From IMG/VR virus record IMGVR_UViG_3300021961_000023: DNA of 64,000 nucleotides; one strand, written 5' to 3'. The position numbers and the translations under genes were made by a program. Each line of letters starts with the position of its first letter. The stretch's first letter is position 1. A model generated the notes under the pieces. That model was given only the letters and a program-made list of their open reading frames with translations. It searched no databases and was not told the DNA's origin. Below, piece by piece: positions 35,743 to 45,231 of this stretch. This DNA comes from a virus.

Positions 35743-36375
35743 ATGTCAGTATTACAAGTAGATACTATCAGAGATAGAAGTGGTAACGGTTCACCAACTC
35801 TTGACAAAGGTGTAGTCGTTTCTGGCGCTTCTACATTAGGTTATGTGAGAGTCATTCCTGGTAATCACGGTGCTGGTGGTATCATCACCGCGACTGCAGG
35901 TATCGTAACTTTCTACGGTGATGCTCAATACATGTCCAACGTAGGTCTTGCAGTTACCTACATTGATAATAATGTTACCATCGCTGGAACAATCACAGTT
36001 TCGGAACTGGTTCTAACTGGTGGTGGTGGAGTTGGTGGTGGTGCTGGAATCGCAGCATCAACTGTCAATATCTCTGGTATTTCTACTCTTAACGGAGTTC
36101 AGATTAACGCTGGTATTGTAACTGCTGCTCCTGGATCTGGATTCTCAACTGTCAGATATTATGGCGATGGTGCTGGTTTAACCAGACTGATGGCAGAGCA
36201 TCTTCTTGTTCATCGTAGACCTGCAACTAATAGATGGTCTCTCGGTCAGAACATTACTCAGATTGCACTTACCAACAATCCAGATACTCAAACTGGTACG
36301 TTCTCTGTAACCGCAAGAACTGGAATCGTAACAGTAGCATACGGAATGGCTGGACAACCACCTCTGTCTATCTGA
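35743..36375 (+). CDS. Short tail-fibre-like protein
   Basis: TATAAATA at 35696; GIxTA and YGDG fibre motifs. Confidence 0.7.
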   Translation: MSVLQVDTIRDRSGNGSPTLDKGVVVSGASTLGYVRVIPGNHGAGGIITATAGIVTFYGDAQYMSNVGLAVTYIDNNVTIAGTITVSELVLTGGGGVGGGAGIAASTVNISGISTLNGVQINAGIVTAAPGSGFSTVRYYGDGAGLTRLMAEHLLVHRRPATNRWSLGQNITQIALTNNPDTQTGTFSVTARTGIVTVAYGMAGQPPLSI

Positions 36376-36438
36376 TAACCATTATATCATAAATAAAATT
36401 AATACCTAACGAGGGGATAGTGAACCTCAGGAGATCTA

Positions 36439-39400
36439 ATGGCCGTCAATAAGAACTTTGTAGTTAAGCACGGTTTAGAAGTAAAAACTGATCTTCTCTA
36501 CGCTGATGCACAGTTAGCAAGGGTTGGTGTTGGAACCACTCTTGCATTTCATAAACTTCACGTTAATGGCACCACTAAAATCGAAGATGATCTCCAAGTT
36601 GTTGGAGTCACCTCGTTAGGTACAAACACAAAGATTATTAACGGCACCTTAGAAGCAGGAAATACAGGTGTTGGTACTTACGGACAATTTTTAATCGCAA
36701 CAGGTGCTGGTATTGCATGGACCACAGCACCAAATCTTAGAAAACAAGAAATATTCACTGCATTAGAAGGTCAGAAACAGTTTAACTTTGCTCATACTCT
36801 TGGATTTCTTGACGTATTCTTAAACGGTGTTAAGTTATCTACATCAGAATACACAGAAACTGCGGCATTTGTAACGTTACTCAACGGTGCAACTGCTGGA
36901 GACACAGTTGAACTGATTGGGTATTATCTTTATGACAACATTGGTGCTGCAAACACCACTGGCATTCAAGGCATTACAGTTCTTGAAGAAAATACAATCA
37001 CAGGAACTCCCTCCAATGTTACATCTATCAACTTTGTTGGTGCTCATGTAACTGCTGCAGGAACTGGTGCTGGAGTTACTGTTACATTCTTAGGTGCTGG
37101 TGTAGGTATTGCATCCTCAGGTACTCAGATTGGTTATGGATTTACTAATCTAAACTTTATAGGTGCTGGAAATACATTCCAAATCAACGGACAATCTATT
37201 GATATCTCAATCAATAGTGGTGCTGAAAACTTCTGGATGAAGAATACAGCATATTCTTCTGGTATTGTTACAACTGGTAGAGTTGGTATTGGTTCAACAT
37301 TACCAATCACCGCAGAAGGTTTGGATACTAGGGGAGTTGTTAAGACAGATTCGCTGTTCGCAACTAAAAAGACTTTAGATAAGAATGTTGAAACCTTTGC
37401 TGGTTACAACATGTTTGCAGCAGGATCACTTGCCATTGGTGCTGGTAAGTCGATTACTGTTGTTGATGATGCAACTTTAACGATTCTTGATGTTATTGAA
37501 ACTCCTGTTAATGCAACTCTTGGAGTTTTCAGAAATGGAACTAATGTTGGTTATGGAATCACTAGAATCAACTTTACTGGTGCAAACAACTTTGTAACTA
37601 GTGCATCTGCAACTGGTGTTGATGTTAAGATTGATAGTGGAGTTGGAATCTATTCTGGTGGTCAACCAATTGCATTTGGTATCACTGCACTTAACTTTGT
37701 GGGGGCAGCAAATACTTTTGGTGTTGATGGTAGTCAGATTAATATCTCAATTAATAGTGGATCAGGTGGATATTTTACTCAAAATCAAAACGGTATTCAT
37801 ACTACAGGTAGAGTTGGTATTGGATCAACTCTACCTCATACGGGTGCTGCTCTTGATGTTGATGGTGTTATCAAAACACACACATTCTTCGCTAACAAAG
37901 CAGTTGTTGATCAAGATGTAACCACGATTGCTGGTTACAACATGTTTGGTGCTGGACCAATCACAGTTGCAAGTGGAAAAATCATCAGTGTTATTGATGA
38001 TTCTACTCTCTCAGTTCTTGATGCATACACTGTCCCTGGTGGATCTCGTTGGGCAAGTAATACCACTGGCATTCACACATCAAGAAATGTTGGTATCGGA
38101 ACTAGCACATGTAATGGTGCAGCAGATCCAAACAATACATTCATTCTGAACGCTGGTATTGTTACTGCCAACTACTATTACGGTGATGGTAGATTTTTAA
38201 GAAATGTTGGTGTTGCTGTATCTACTGCTGCTCCTTCAAATCCTGAGAGTGGTAACTTATGGTGGAGTGAAGTATTAGGTCGTGGATTTATTTACTATGG
38301 TGCTGCAAATGCATGGGTAGATTTTGCACCTACTGGAGGAGGTGGTGGAGGAACCATTTCAGTAACTGGCACTGGTGGCAGCGGCGGTGGTTTCTTCAGC
38401 AATACACAAACAAACTCTGGCATTCATACTACATCACTTAATGTTGGTATAGGAACAACCAATCCAAGATTCCAACTAGAAGTTGGACCTGTTGGTGCTG
38501 CAGGAACTTCATTATGGGTAAATGGAAATGCAAGAGTCACAGGCATCTTAACAGTTGGTTCTTCATCTATTGTTTTGGATGGAGTTTCTAATCAAATCAG
38601 AATAGGATCTGGAGTTGTCATCGATTCTAACGGATTAGGATCTGTCACAACGTTAAGTGTGTCTGGCATTACGACTCTTGGTATAGTTACTGCTGGAAAC
38701 ATTTATTCGACTGGTATTATCACTGCAACTTCATTCAGTGGTAACGCTACTAGCGCAACAACAGCGACTTATGCATCAACTGCTGGTATTGCAACTTACA
38801 CTGATACCGCAGGAATTGCAACGTATTCTGCATCTGCAGGCATTGCAACCTATGCATCAACTGCTGGTATTGCTACTTATACTAACACTGCAGGCATTGC
38901 AACCTATGCATCAACTGCTGGAGTAAGCACATATGCATCTATTGCTGGTATTGCAACTTATGCATCAACTGCTGGTATTTCAACAGTTTCTCAAGGTCTC
39001 ACTGGCACACCAAATATCTCAGTAGGAGTCTTAACCGCAACTTCTACAATCATTGGATCTGGAGTTACGATTAATGCTGGAGGTATTAATGCAAGTGGCA
39101 TAATTACTGCTTCTACTTTTATTGGAACGTTCGCTGCTAACAACTTAGTTGGCGCACTTCCTGCTCTTGATGGTTCACTACTTACTGGAGTTGTTGCTGC
39201 TGGTACTGGTGTTATTGTTAATGATGATGATGCTTTAGTTGGAACAGCAGGTACAATCAACTTTGGTGCAAACCTATCAGTATCTCCTGTTTCTGCTGGA
39301 GTTGTTACAGTCACTGCTACTGGTGGTGGACAATCTTATTGGATAGGAACAACAGTAGGTATTCATACATTTTCTAATGTTGGTGTAGGAACTACAAATC

Positions 39401-40179
39401 CAACGAGCACTCTTACAGTAAAAGGACATACTTCTCTTGAAACATTAAATGTTTCTGGAATAACTACAACAACAGGTCTTATTGTTGCAAATATAGCAAA
39501 CTTTGATGGAGTTGATGCACTTTTATATTATAACAATGAGCAAAAGTTTTCGACAGTAACTGATGGCATTCGTGTTATTGGTTTAAACAGAATCGTAACA
39601 GATGGTTTTGGAACTGGAGATTATAATGATGGTGGTATTAGAATCACCACAAATTCAACAGACCAAGCAGACATTTATCACCAATCTGCTGGGCTTCTTC
39701 ACATTGATAATTATAGAGCAACTGGGGGAAGTATAGCATTAAGAGTTAATGCTAGTGGTTCAGGTTCAGTAACTGAACAAGCAAGAATCACAAGTTCTGG
39801 AGTTGGAATCGCAACCACAAATCCAGTAAGCACTTTCCAAGTTGAAAGATTTGGAACTCAGACTGGATTTGGAACCTTCGCAGCATCTGCAGGTATTACT
39901 ACCTTCATTGATTCCTTCACAATCTCTTCTACTAACTTCAGAACTGCTGAATATACAGTTCATGTAGAAAGTGCATCTAGTATTCAAACTCAAAAAGTTC
40001 TTGTAATGCAGAATGGATCTACTGCATACTCGCAAGAATGGGCAGTGATGTCTCATCCTGACTTACTTGTTTCTATCGGAGCTACTGTTACTTCTGGTGC
40101 TGTCAGGTTAACTGTAACTCCAGAAACAGGAGTCTCTGGCATCATAACCTATAGATTTACCAGAAACACAATGCTCTAA
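36439..40179 (+). CDS. Long tail-fibre protein
   Basis: KNFVVKHGL start; repeated VGIGT/GIxTA motifs; internal duplications. Confidence 0.8.
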   Translation: MAVNKNFVVKHGLEVKTDLLYADAQLARVGVGTTLAFHKLHVNGTTKIEDDLQVVGVTSLGTNTKIINGTLEAGNTGVGTYGQFLIATGAGIAWTTAPNLRKQEIFTALEGQKQFNFAHTLGFLDVFLNGVKLSTSEYTETAAFVTLLNGATAGDTVELIGYYLYDNIGAANTTGIQGITVLEENTITGTPSNVTSINFVGAHVTAAGTGAGVTVTFLGAGVGIASSGTQIGYGFTNLNFIGAGNTFQINGQSIDISINSGAENFWMKNTAYSSGIVTTGRVGIGSTLPITAEGLDTRGVVKTDSLFATKKTLDKNVETFAGYNMFAAGSLAIGAGKSITVVDDATLTILDVIETPVNATLGVFRNGTNVGYGITRINFTGANNFVTSASATGVDVKIDSGVGIYSGGQPIAFGITALNFVGAANTFGVDGSQINISINSGSGGYFTQNQNGIHTTGRVGIGSTLPHTGAALDVDGVIKTHTFFANKAVVDQDVTTIAGYNMFGAGPITVASGKIISVIDDSTLSVLDAYTVPGGSRWASNTTGIHTSRNVGIGTSTCNGAADPNNTFILNAGIVTANYYYGDGRFLRNVGVAVSTAAPSNPESGNLWWSEVLGRGFIYYGAANAWVDFAPTGGGGGGTISVTGTGGSGGGFFSNTQTNSGIHTTSLNVGIGTTNPRFQLEVGPVGAAGTSLWVNGNARVTGILTVGSSSIVLDGVSNQIRIGSGVVIDSNGLGSVTTLSVSGITTLGIVTAGNIYSTGIITATSFSGNATSATTATYASTAGIATYTDTAGIATYSASAGIATYASTAGIATYTNTAGIATYASTAGVSTYASIAGIATYASTAGISTVSQGLTGTPNISVGVLTATSTIIGSGVTINAGGINASGIITASTFIGTFAANNLVGALPALDGSLLTGVVAAGTGVIVNDDDALVGTAGTINFGANLSVSPVSAGVVTVTATGGGQSYWIGTTVGIHTFSNVGVGTTNPTSTLTVKGHTSLETLNVSGITTTTGLIVANIANFDGVDALLYYNNEQKFSTVTDGIRVIGLNRIVTDGFGTGDYNDGGIRITTNSTDQADIYHQSAGLLHIDNYRATGGSIALRVNASGSGSVTEQARITSSGVGIATTNPVSTFQVERFGTQTGFGTFAASAGITTFIDSFTISSTNFRTAEYTVHVESASSIQTQKVLVMQNGSTAYSQEWAVMSHPDLLVSIGATVTSGAVRLTVTPETGVSGIITYRFTRNTML
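38764..38979 (+). repeat. Eight tandem 27-nt coding repeats (ATYASTAGI)
   Basis: gcaacytatgcatcaactgctggtatt-like units. Confidence 0.88.
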
Positions 40180-40180
40180 T

Positions 40181-42100
40181 ATGAAAACAACTTTTAATCC
40201 ATTTGAATCCAGACAAGTTCATCTAAGCAGATATTTAAGTGATGATCCTCAACCATACGAAATCTGTGTACATTCTGCTGATGATTGGCAATATGTTCAT
40301 GACATCTTAACACAGGATGGAACACTAGAAGATAACATTCCAACTAGATCATGTGAGTGTATATCTGAAAAGTGCTGTTCTCCAACAAGAAGTGTTTATA
40401 TGTTATCTGATGATGAAGTAGCAAACCTTATCAATCATGAAAAAATTAGATGGATTACTAAAGCATCGCTACACAATCCTGATGTTATTGAGCAAAGAAA
40501 GTTAGATAAAGATTTATTTCCCCATCTATTCACTAACAGATATAAGTCCAACAAAGAAGCAGTAAGAAGCGAACCTAATACATTATCTACAACAAATCTT
40601 AACTATACCCAATGGGGTCTTTTGAGATCACAGCAGAAATCAAATGCTTTTGTTGGTGTAGGTACAACTTCTTTATCTTCTGATATTCAGTTTACATTGA
40701 CTGGAAAGCATGTTGATGTTGTAATCATGGACACTGGAGTTCGTTGGGATCATCCAGAGTTTTTGGGCATTGGATATACATCAGTTCCTGTTGGAGTCGC
40801 AACAACATCGGTAAGTAGAGTTAGAGATATCTTGATTCATGGTGCTTCTGAATATGGTATTAACTGGGCATCTGAAGGATTAGTTGCTCCAGGTACAGGT
40901 TCTCTTGCAAACTATACTATTGCAAATGCACTACAATCTGCATCATTTAATGGTTCTTGGCATGGTTCACATGTAGCGGGTACTGCTGCAGGAAATAACT
41001 TTGGCGCTGCATTTGAAGCAAATATTTGGAGTATTGCTTGTGTCGATAGAGATGATGTAGGATTTACTGATCCTTCTGACGGATTTGATTATATCAAAGT
41101 TTGGCATAAGAATAAACCAATCAATCCTGAAACTGGTAGAAGAAATCCAACCATTGTCAATGGTAGCTGGGGGTTTACTGAGTTTGTTCAATACACTGCA
41201 TCATATAATGTATCTTTTAGAGGTAAGACATATTCATCAGTAGATGTGGAAGCAAGTGGTACGTTTCTTCCTGCAGTATACTGGATGAATAACTATGGTG
41301 AGTATTATTGGTTTACTTCATCCTTTGCAACGTCACAAACAAAAGCAGATGAAATCTTTGATGATCCAGACTGTGCTGATATAATTTTTGTTTTTGCTGC
41401 AGGAAACTCTGGATATGGTAATGGTAAGCAAGATATTACAACAGGATTTGATTATAACAACACATTTTCAAGTGCAACCTATGCATTAGGATCTGGAGGA
41501 TTATATGATCAAGGTCTAGGAGCAAGTTCTCTACATTATAATCGTTCAGGTACTCCTGCTATTACTCATAATGGACTACCTGATGCACCAATCATTGTAG
41601 GAGCACTAGATTATCATGCCGATACAACATCAGGATTCACCTCAGAAAGATCTGCAGATTTTAGTAATAAGGGTCCACGTATTGATGTTTGGGCACCTGG
41701 TGATGCAATATTAAGTCCTTGGTCTAGTGGCATCAAAGATCCAAGAAATAGAAACTATTATAATCAGTATCTTGGTGGAACTAGTATGGCAACTCCAAAT
41801 GTATGTGGAGTTTTAGCATTATACTTACAAGCATATCCAAATGCGGATAGAGTAGCAGCTAGACAATGGTTAGCAACTCGTGGCACAGTTGGAGTCGGAA
41901 CCTTTTTCAGAGATCGTTATACACATGAAGCAAATGGTCCTTCTGTGGGTGCTGGAACCTCAGTAGATTACTGGGCAAATGATTATGAACCTCGTGGTGC
42001 TGCACATAATATTCTTTATAATCCATTTGCTAATAATCTTCAACCAAATGTTTCAGGGAATATCACTATCACTGGTGACATTTCTATTAAACAACTATAA
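40181..42100 (+). CDS. Subtilisin-like serine protease (S8)
   Basis: MDTG, HGSHVAGT, AAGNSG and GTSMATP catalytic motifs. Confidence 0.92.
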   Translation: MKTTFNPFESRQVHLSRYLSDDPQPYEICVHSADDWQYVHDILTQDGTLEDNIPTRSCECISEKCCSPTRSVYMLSDDEVANLINHEKIRWITKASLHNPDVIEQRKLDKDLFPHLFTNRYKSNKEAVRSEPNTLSTTNLNYTQWGLLRSQQKSNAFVGVGTTSLSSDIQFTLTGKHVDVVIMDTGVRWDHPEFLGIGYTSVPVGVATTSVSRVRDILIHGASEYGINWASEGLVAPGTGSLANYTIANALQSASFNGSWHGSHVAGTAAGNNFGAAFEANIWSIACVDRDDVGFTDPSDGFDYIKVWHKNKPINPETGRRNPTIVNGSWGFTEFVQYTASYNVSFRGKTYSSVDVEASGTFLPAVYWMNNYGEYYWFTSSFATSQTKADEIFDDPDCADIIFVFAAGNSGYGNGKQDITTGFDYNNTFSSATYALGSGGLYDQGLGASSLHYNRSGTPAITHNGLPDAPIIVGALDYHADTTSGFTSERSADFSNKGPRIDVWAPGDAILSPWSSGIKDPRNRNYYNQYLGGTSMATPNVCGVLALYLQAYPNADRVAARQWLATRGTVGVGTFFRDRYTHEANGPSVGAGTSVDYWANDYEPRGAAHNILYNPFANNLQPNVSGNITITGDISIKQL

Positions 42101-42118
42101 ATACCTCTAAAAAGACAG

Positions 42119-42454
42119 ATGGCAGACAAAAAGTTTGGAGTAAGGCAGATAGATCTTGTTGGCACTTCTGGTGCTACAAATATCGAATCTCCCAACACAA
42201 TTAATCTTAAGTCAAATCAAGTTGCCATTAGCACTGATTTAAGTGTTGGTGGAAATGTGGTTTCTAACTTGATTGTCAGCTCAGGATTTTCAGTCGGTAT
42301 TGGAACTACGATTCCTCAAACTAATCTTGATGTTAATGGTGGCATAAAAGCAGGTATTAATACTGCACATGGAGTAATCTTGACTGCAGCAAACGGTACA
42401 AGGTATAGATTATTTGTACAAAACAACGGTACTTTAGCAACCGTTGCTATCTAA
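42119..42454 (+). CDS. Small fibre-associated protein
   Basis: TATAAATA at 42096; VGIGTTIP motif. Confidence 0.7.
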   Translation: MADKKFGVRQIDLVGTSGATNIESPNTINLKSNQVAISTDLSVGGNVVSNLIVSSGFSVGIGTTIPQTNLDVNGGIKAGINTAHGVILTAANGTRYRLFVQNNGTLATVAI

Positions 42455-42483
42455 TAAATACCTAAAAGACATAGTAACTAAAA

Positions 42484-42915
42484 GTGGCAATATCCTTTCC
42501 ATCTAGTCCATCTATCGGTCAAATATTTACTGATGCTACCTCTGGTAATCAGTATCAGTGGAATGGAACAGTCTGGGTTGGAAGATCTCCGATCACGATT
42601 AGTGGAAATAATGTTGGAATAGGAACAACGATTCCACTGTTTCCACTTACAGTTGGATTCAGCACTCTTGGATATGATCCTATTGCTGGAACTGCTGCAA
42701 CATCTCTTTATGTCCAAGGAAGTGTCACAGTCACTGATAGATTAACAGCACATAAAGTTGTAGGAGCAACCACATTTACTTCCATGCCATCTGGTGATTT
42801 AGGAGATTTTAGTTCACCAGCTGCAGATGCTTTTGATGTTGAACTAAGTGCAAACTATGATTTAAAGTTTGATCCTCCAGGAACTCTTCGTAGCAATGAC
42901 CTTGGAGTTCTATGA
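42484..42915 (+). CDS. Small fibre-associated protein
   Basis: MAISFPSSP..YQWNGTVW; VGIGTT. Confidence 0.7.
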   Translation: MAISFPSSPSIGQIFTDATSGNQYQWNGTVWVGRSPITISGNNVGIGTTIPLFPLTVGFSTLGYDPIAGTAATSLYVQGSVTVTDRLTAHKVVGATTFTSMPSGDLGDFSSPAADAFDVELSANYDLKFDPPGTLRSNDLGVL

Positions 42916-42952
42916 TTCTGTCCACGCTAAATAACTAGAAAGATAAAAGAAA

Positions 42953-44335
42953 ATGCCTACCGAAGTTCAATTTAGAAGAGGCACTACAGCTCAAAACAAC
43001 GCCTTCACTGGTGCTGCTGGTGAACTCTCAGTAAATATTACAAATAAATCGTTGAGAGTCCACGACGGATCTACCGCTGGTGGTTTTGAGTTAGCAAAAG
43101 CAGACCTCTCTAATACGACTGGTCTTGGCACAGTTTCAGCAGCTAATGTTGCTATTGGATCCACGATTGTTATTTCTGCTGGATTCCAACTTCAAAACAT
43201 TCAATCTCTTGACGCAACAACAACGGCAACGATTGAGAGTGCGGTTGCTGCTGCACCAAATAATTTTACGAGTCTCAATATTAGTGGAATCGGAACTATA
43301 GTTGAAAACTTCAATGTTGGAACTGGAGGAACAGTTCTTACAGCACTTTCTGGATCAGGTGTTGTAGGTGTCAATAGCACTGCTCCAACTGCTACTCTAG
43401 ATGTTGTAGGAACATCAAAGATTTCTGATACGATTACTATTGGATCAGCAACTACGATTGCAGCAAATAATCTTAAGGTAGGTCAAACTGTAGAAGTTAC
43501 TAGTAGTGCTCTTAAGTTTGCTGGTGTAGAAGTATTAAACACAACTGGTGTTTTCTTCCCAACTGGAATCATCACAGCACAAACATTTGTTGGTAATCTC
43601 ACTGGAGTTGCGTCTTCAGCAACCACATTACAAGCAACTTCTTCAGTTAATACAACTGGAATCATCACAGCATCACGATTCAGTGGAGAACTTGTAGGTG
43701 CAGCAGTCACTACAGTGGGTGGTTTGCACCAAAATACTGGCATTGCAACGATTGCTCAAGTTGTTGGCAATCTAACAGGATCTGTGAACTCTGGTCTTGC
43801 AACTGTTACTACTGTTCTTGGTGTAACTGGTATTACTACTTTAAGTGGTCCAGTTGCGATTGCAGGAGTTTCTACATTCTTCTCTAATGCAAGATTTGAA
43901 GACAATGTAAAAACAGTCTTTGGAAGTGGTGGTGACTTAGAAATCTATCATGATGGTAGCAACAGTTTTATTGCTGATGTTGGTGGCGGAAGTCTTCAAC
44001 TTAATGCAACACCAGATATTAGATTCTTAAACAACTCCACTGGCATTTCTACAGTTGGTGCTGGCGGTTTTGATATCGCTGGTGGTATTGCTCTTGGAGT
44101 TTCTGGTATTGCAACGATTCCTCAACTCAGAGTTGGCACTGCACTAACTGCAAATGCTTCTGGTATTCAGATTGCTGGAGGAACTAATATCGGATCTGCA
44201 TCTGGTATCATTACAGCACCTGGAGGATTTATCAGTGGTGTTGGTCAAACTTCGGCGGTTATGATTACTTTCTCAGGTAATCAGTTGACCTTTACTGTTG
44301 CTGGAGTTGGTTCAACAACTCTTGCTCTTGCCTGA
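42953..44335 (+). CDS. Tail-fibre protein with hyaluronidase/Mtd-like N-terminus
   Basis: VQFRRGT....FTGAAGEL.V...LRVHDG.TAGG; DLEIYHDGSNS. Confidence 0.78.
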   Translation: MPTEVQFRRGTTAQNNAFTGAAGELSVNITNKSLRVHDGSTAGGFELAKADLSNTTGLGTVSAANVAIGSTIVISAGFQLQNIQSLDATTTATIESAVAAAPNNFTSLNISGIGTIVENFNVGTGGTVLTALSGSGVVGVNSTAPTATLDVVGTSKISDTITIGSATTIAANNLKVGQTVEVTSSALKFAGVEVLNTTGVFFPTGIITAQTFVGNLTGVASSATTLQATSSVNTTGIITASRFSGELVGAAVTTVGGLHQNTGIATIAQVVGNLTGSVNSGLATVTTVLGVTGITTLSGPVAIAGVSTFFSNARFEDNVKTVFGSGGDLEIYHDGSNSFIADVGGGSLQLNATPDIRFLNNSTGISTVGAGGFDIAGGIALGVSGIATIPQLRVGTALTANASGIQIAGGTNIGSASGIITAPGGFISGVGQTSAVMITFSGNQLTFTVAGVGSTTLALA

Positions 44336-44361
44336 TAAGTAGTATCAAAGGTTCATAAGAA

Positions 44362-45156
44362 ATGCCAAATCCCAGAGAACTATCACAGTTTGGTTCGTTT
44401 TTAGAGATTGATGATACCACAAAAAACATTGGTATCGCAACATCTGGGACTCCATTTGTTGGTATAGGAACACTAATCCCTCAGGAAAAACTACACGTAG
44501 TTGGAAACCTGAGGGTTGACGGTATCGCAGATTTTGATAACTTAACGGTTGGAGTTGCAACTTTTGCAACTATCAACAATCCTAACTTAACGGTACAAAA
44601 TCTCACTGTAGGCACTGCAGCAACGTTTGCAAAGTTAAGAACTACAGATATAAACGCAACAGGTATTGTAACAGCTGGTATAGTTACTGGTGCAACATAT
44701 TATGGTGATGGACAATATCTTCAAAATGTAGGTCTTGCAGTTACTTATATTGATAATAACGTAACGATTGCAGGAACTATTACTGTTAATGAGTTAGTAT
44801 TAACAGGTGGAGGAGGAGTTGGTGGTGGTGCTGGTATTGCTGCATCTACTCTAAACATCAGTGGTATTTCTAGTATTGGAGGAGTTAAAATCTCTTCTGG
44901 TATCATTACAGCAGGAGCAGGAACTACTACAGTAGTTTACTATGGTGATGGATATAATCTTTCAAACATTCAATGTTCTGCACTTACAGGATTTCAAGTT
45001 GCGATTCATAGAAGACCTGCAACAGGAAGATGGTCATTTGGACAGAACATTACTAAGATAACTGTTGCTGCAAATGATACATTCCAAGTTACAACACGTA
45101 CTGGAATCGTAACAGTATCTATTGGAAATGCTGCTGTACCACCTCTGACTGTCTAG
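44362..45156 (+). CDS. Short tail-fibre-like protein, paralog of 35743..36375
   Basis: Shared NVGLAVTYIDNNVTIAGTITV.ELVLTGGGGVGGGAGIAAST and HRRPAT.RWS.GQNIT. Confidence 0.75.
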   Translation: MPNPRELSQFGSFLEIDDTTKNIGIATSGTPFVGIGTLIPQEKLHVVGNLRVDGIADFDNLTVGVATFATINNPNLTVQNLTVGTAATFAKLRTTDINATGIVTAGIVTGATYYGDGQYLQNVGLAVTYIDNNVTIAGTITVNELVLTGGGGVGGGAGIAASTLNISGISSIGGVKISSGIITAGAGTTTVVYYGDGYNLSNIQCSALTGFQVAIHRRPATGRWSFGQNITKITVAANDTFQVTTRTGIVTVSIGNAAVPPLTV

Positions 45157-45231
45157 TAAGATAAATACCTTCATAACACAGAGGGATATATATTCCTCTT
45201 ATTGATGGTATATACCAGGGGTTCGTAGTAA

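Noticed and set aside
38764-38979. CRISPR-like periodic repeat
   Set aside because: Contiguous in-frame 27-nt coding repeats with synonymous variation and no spacers.
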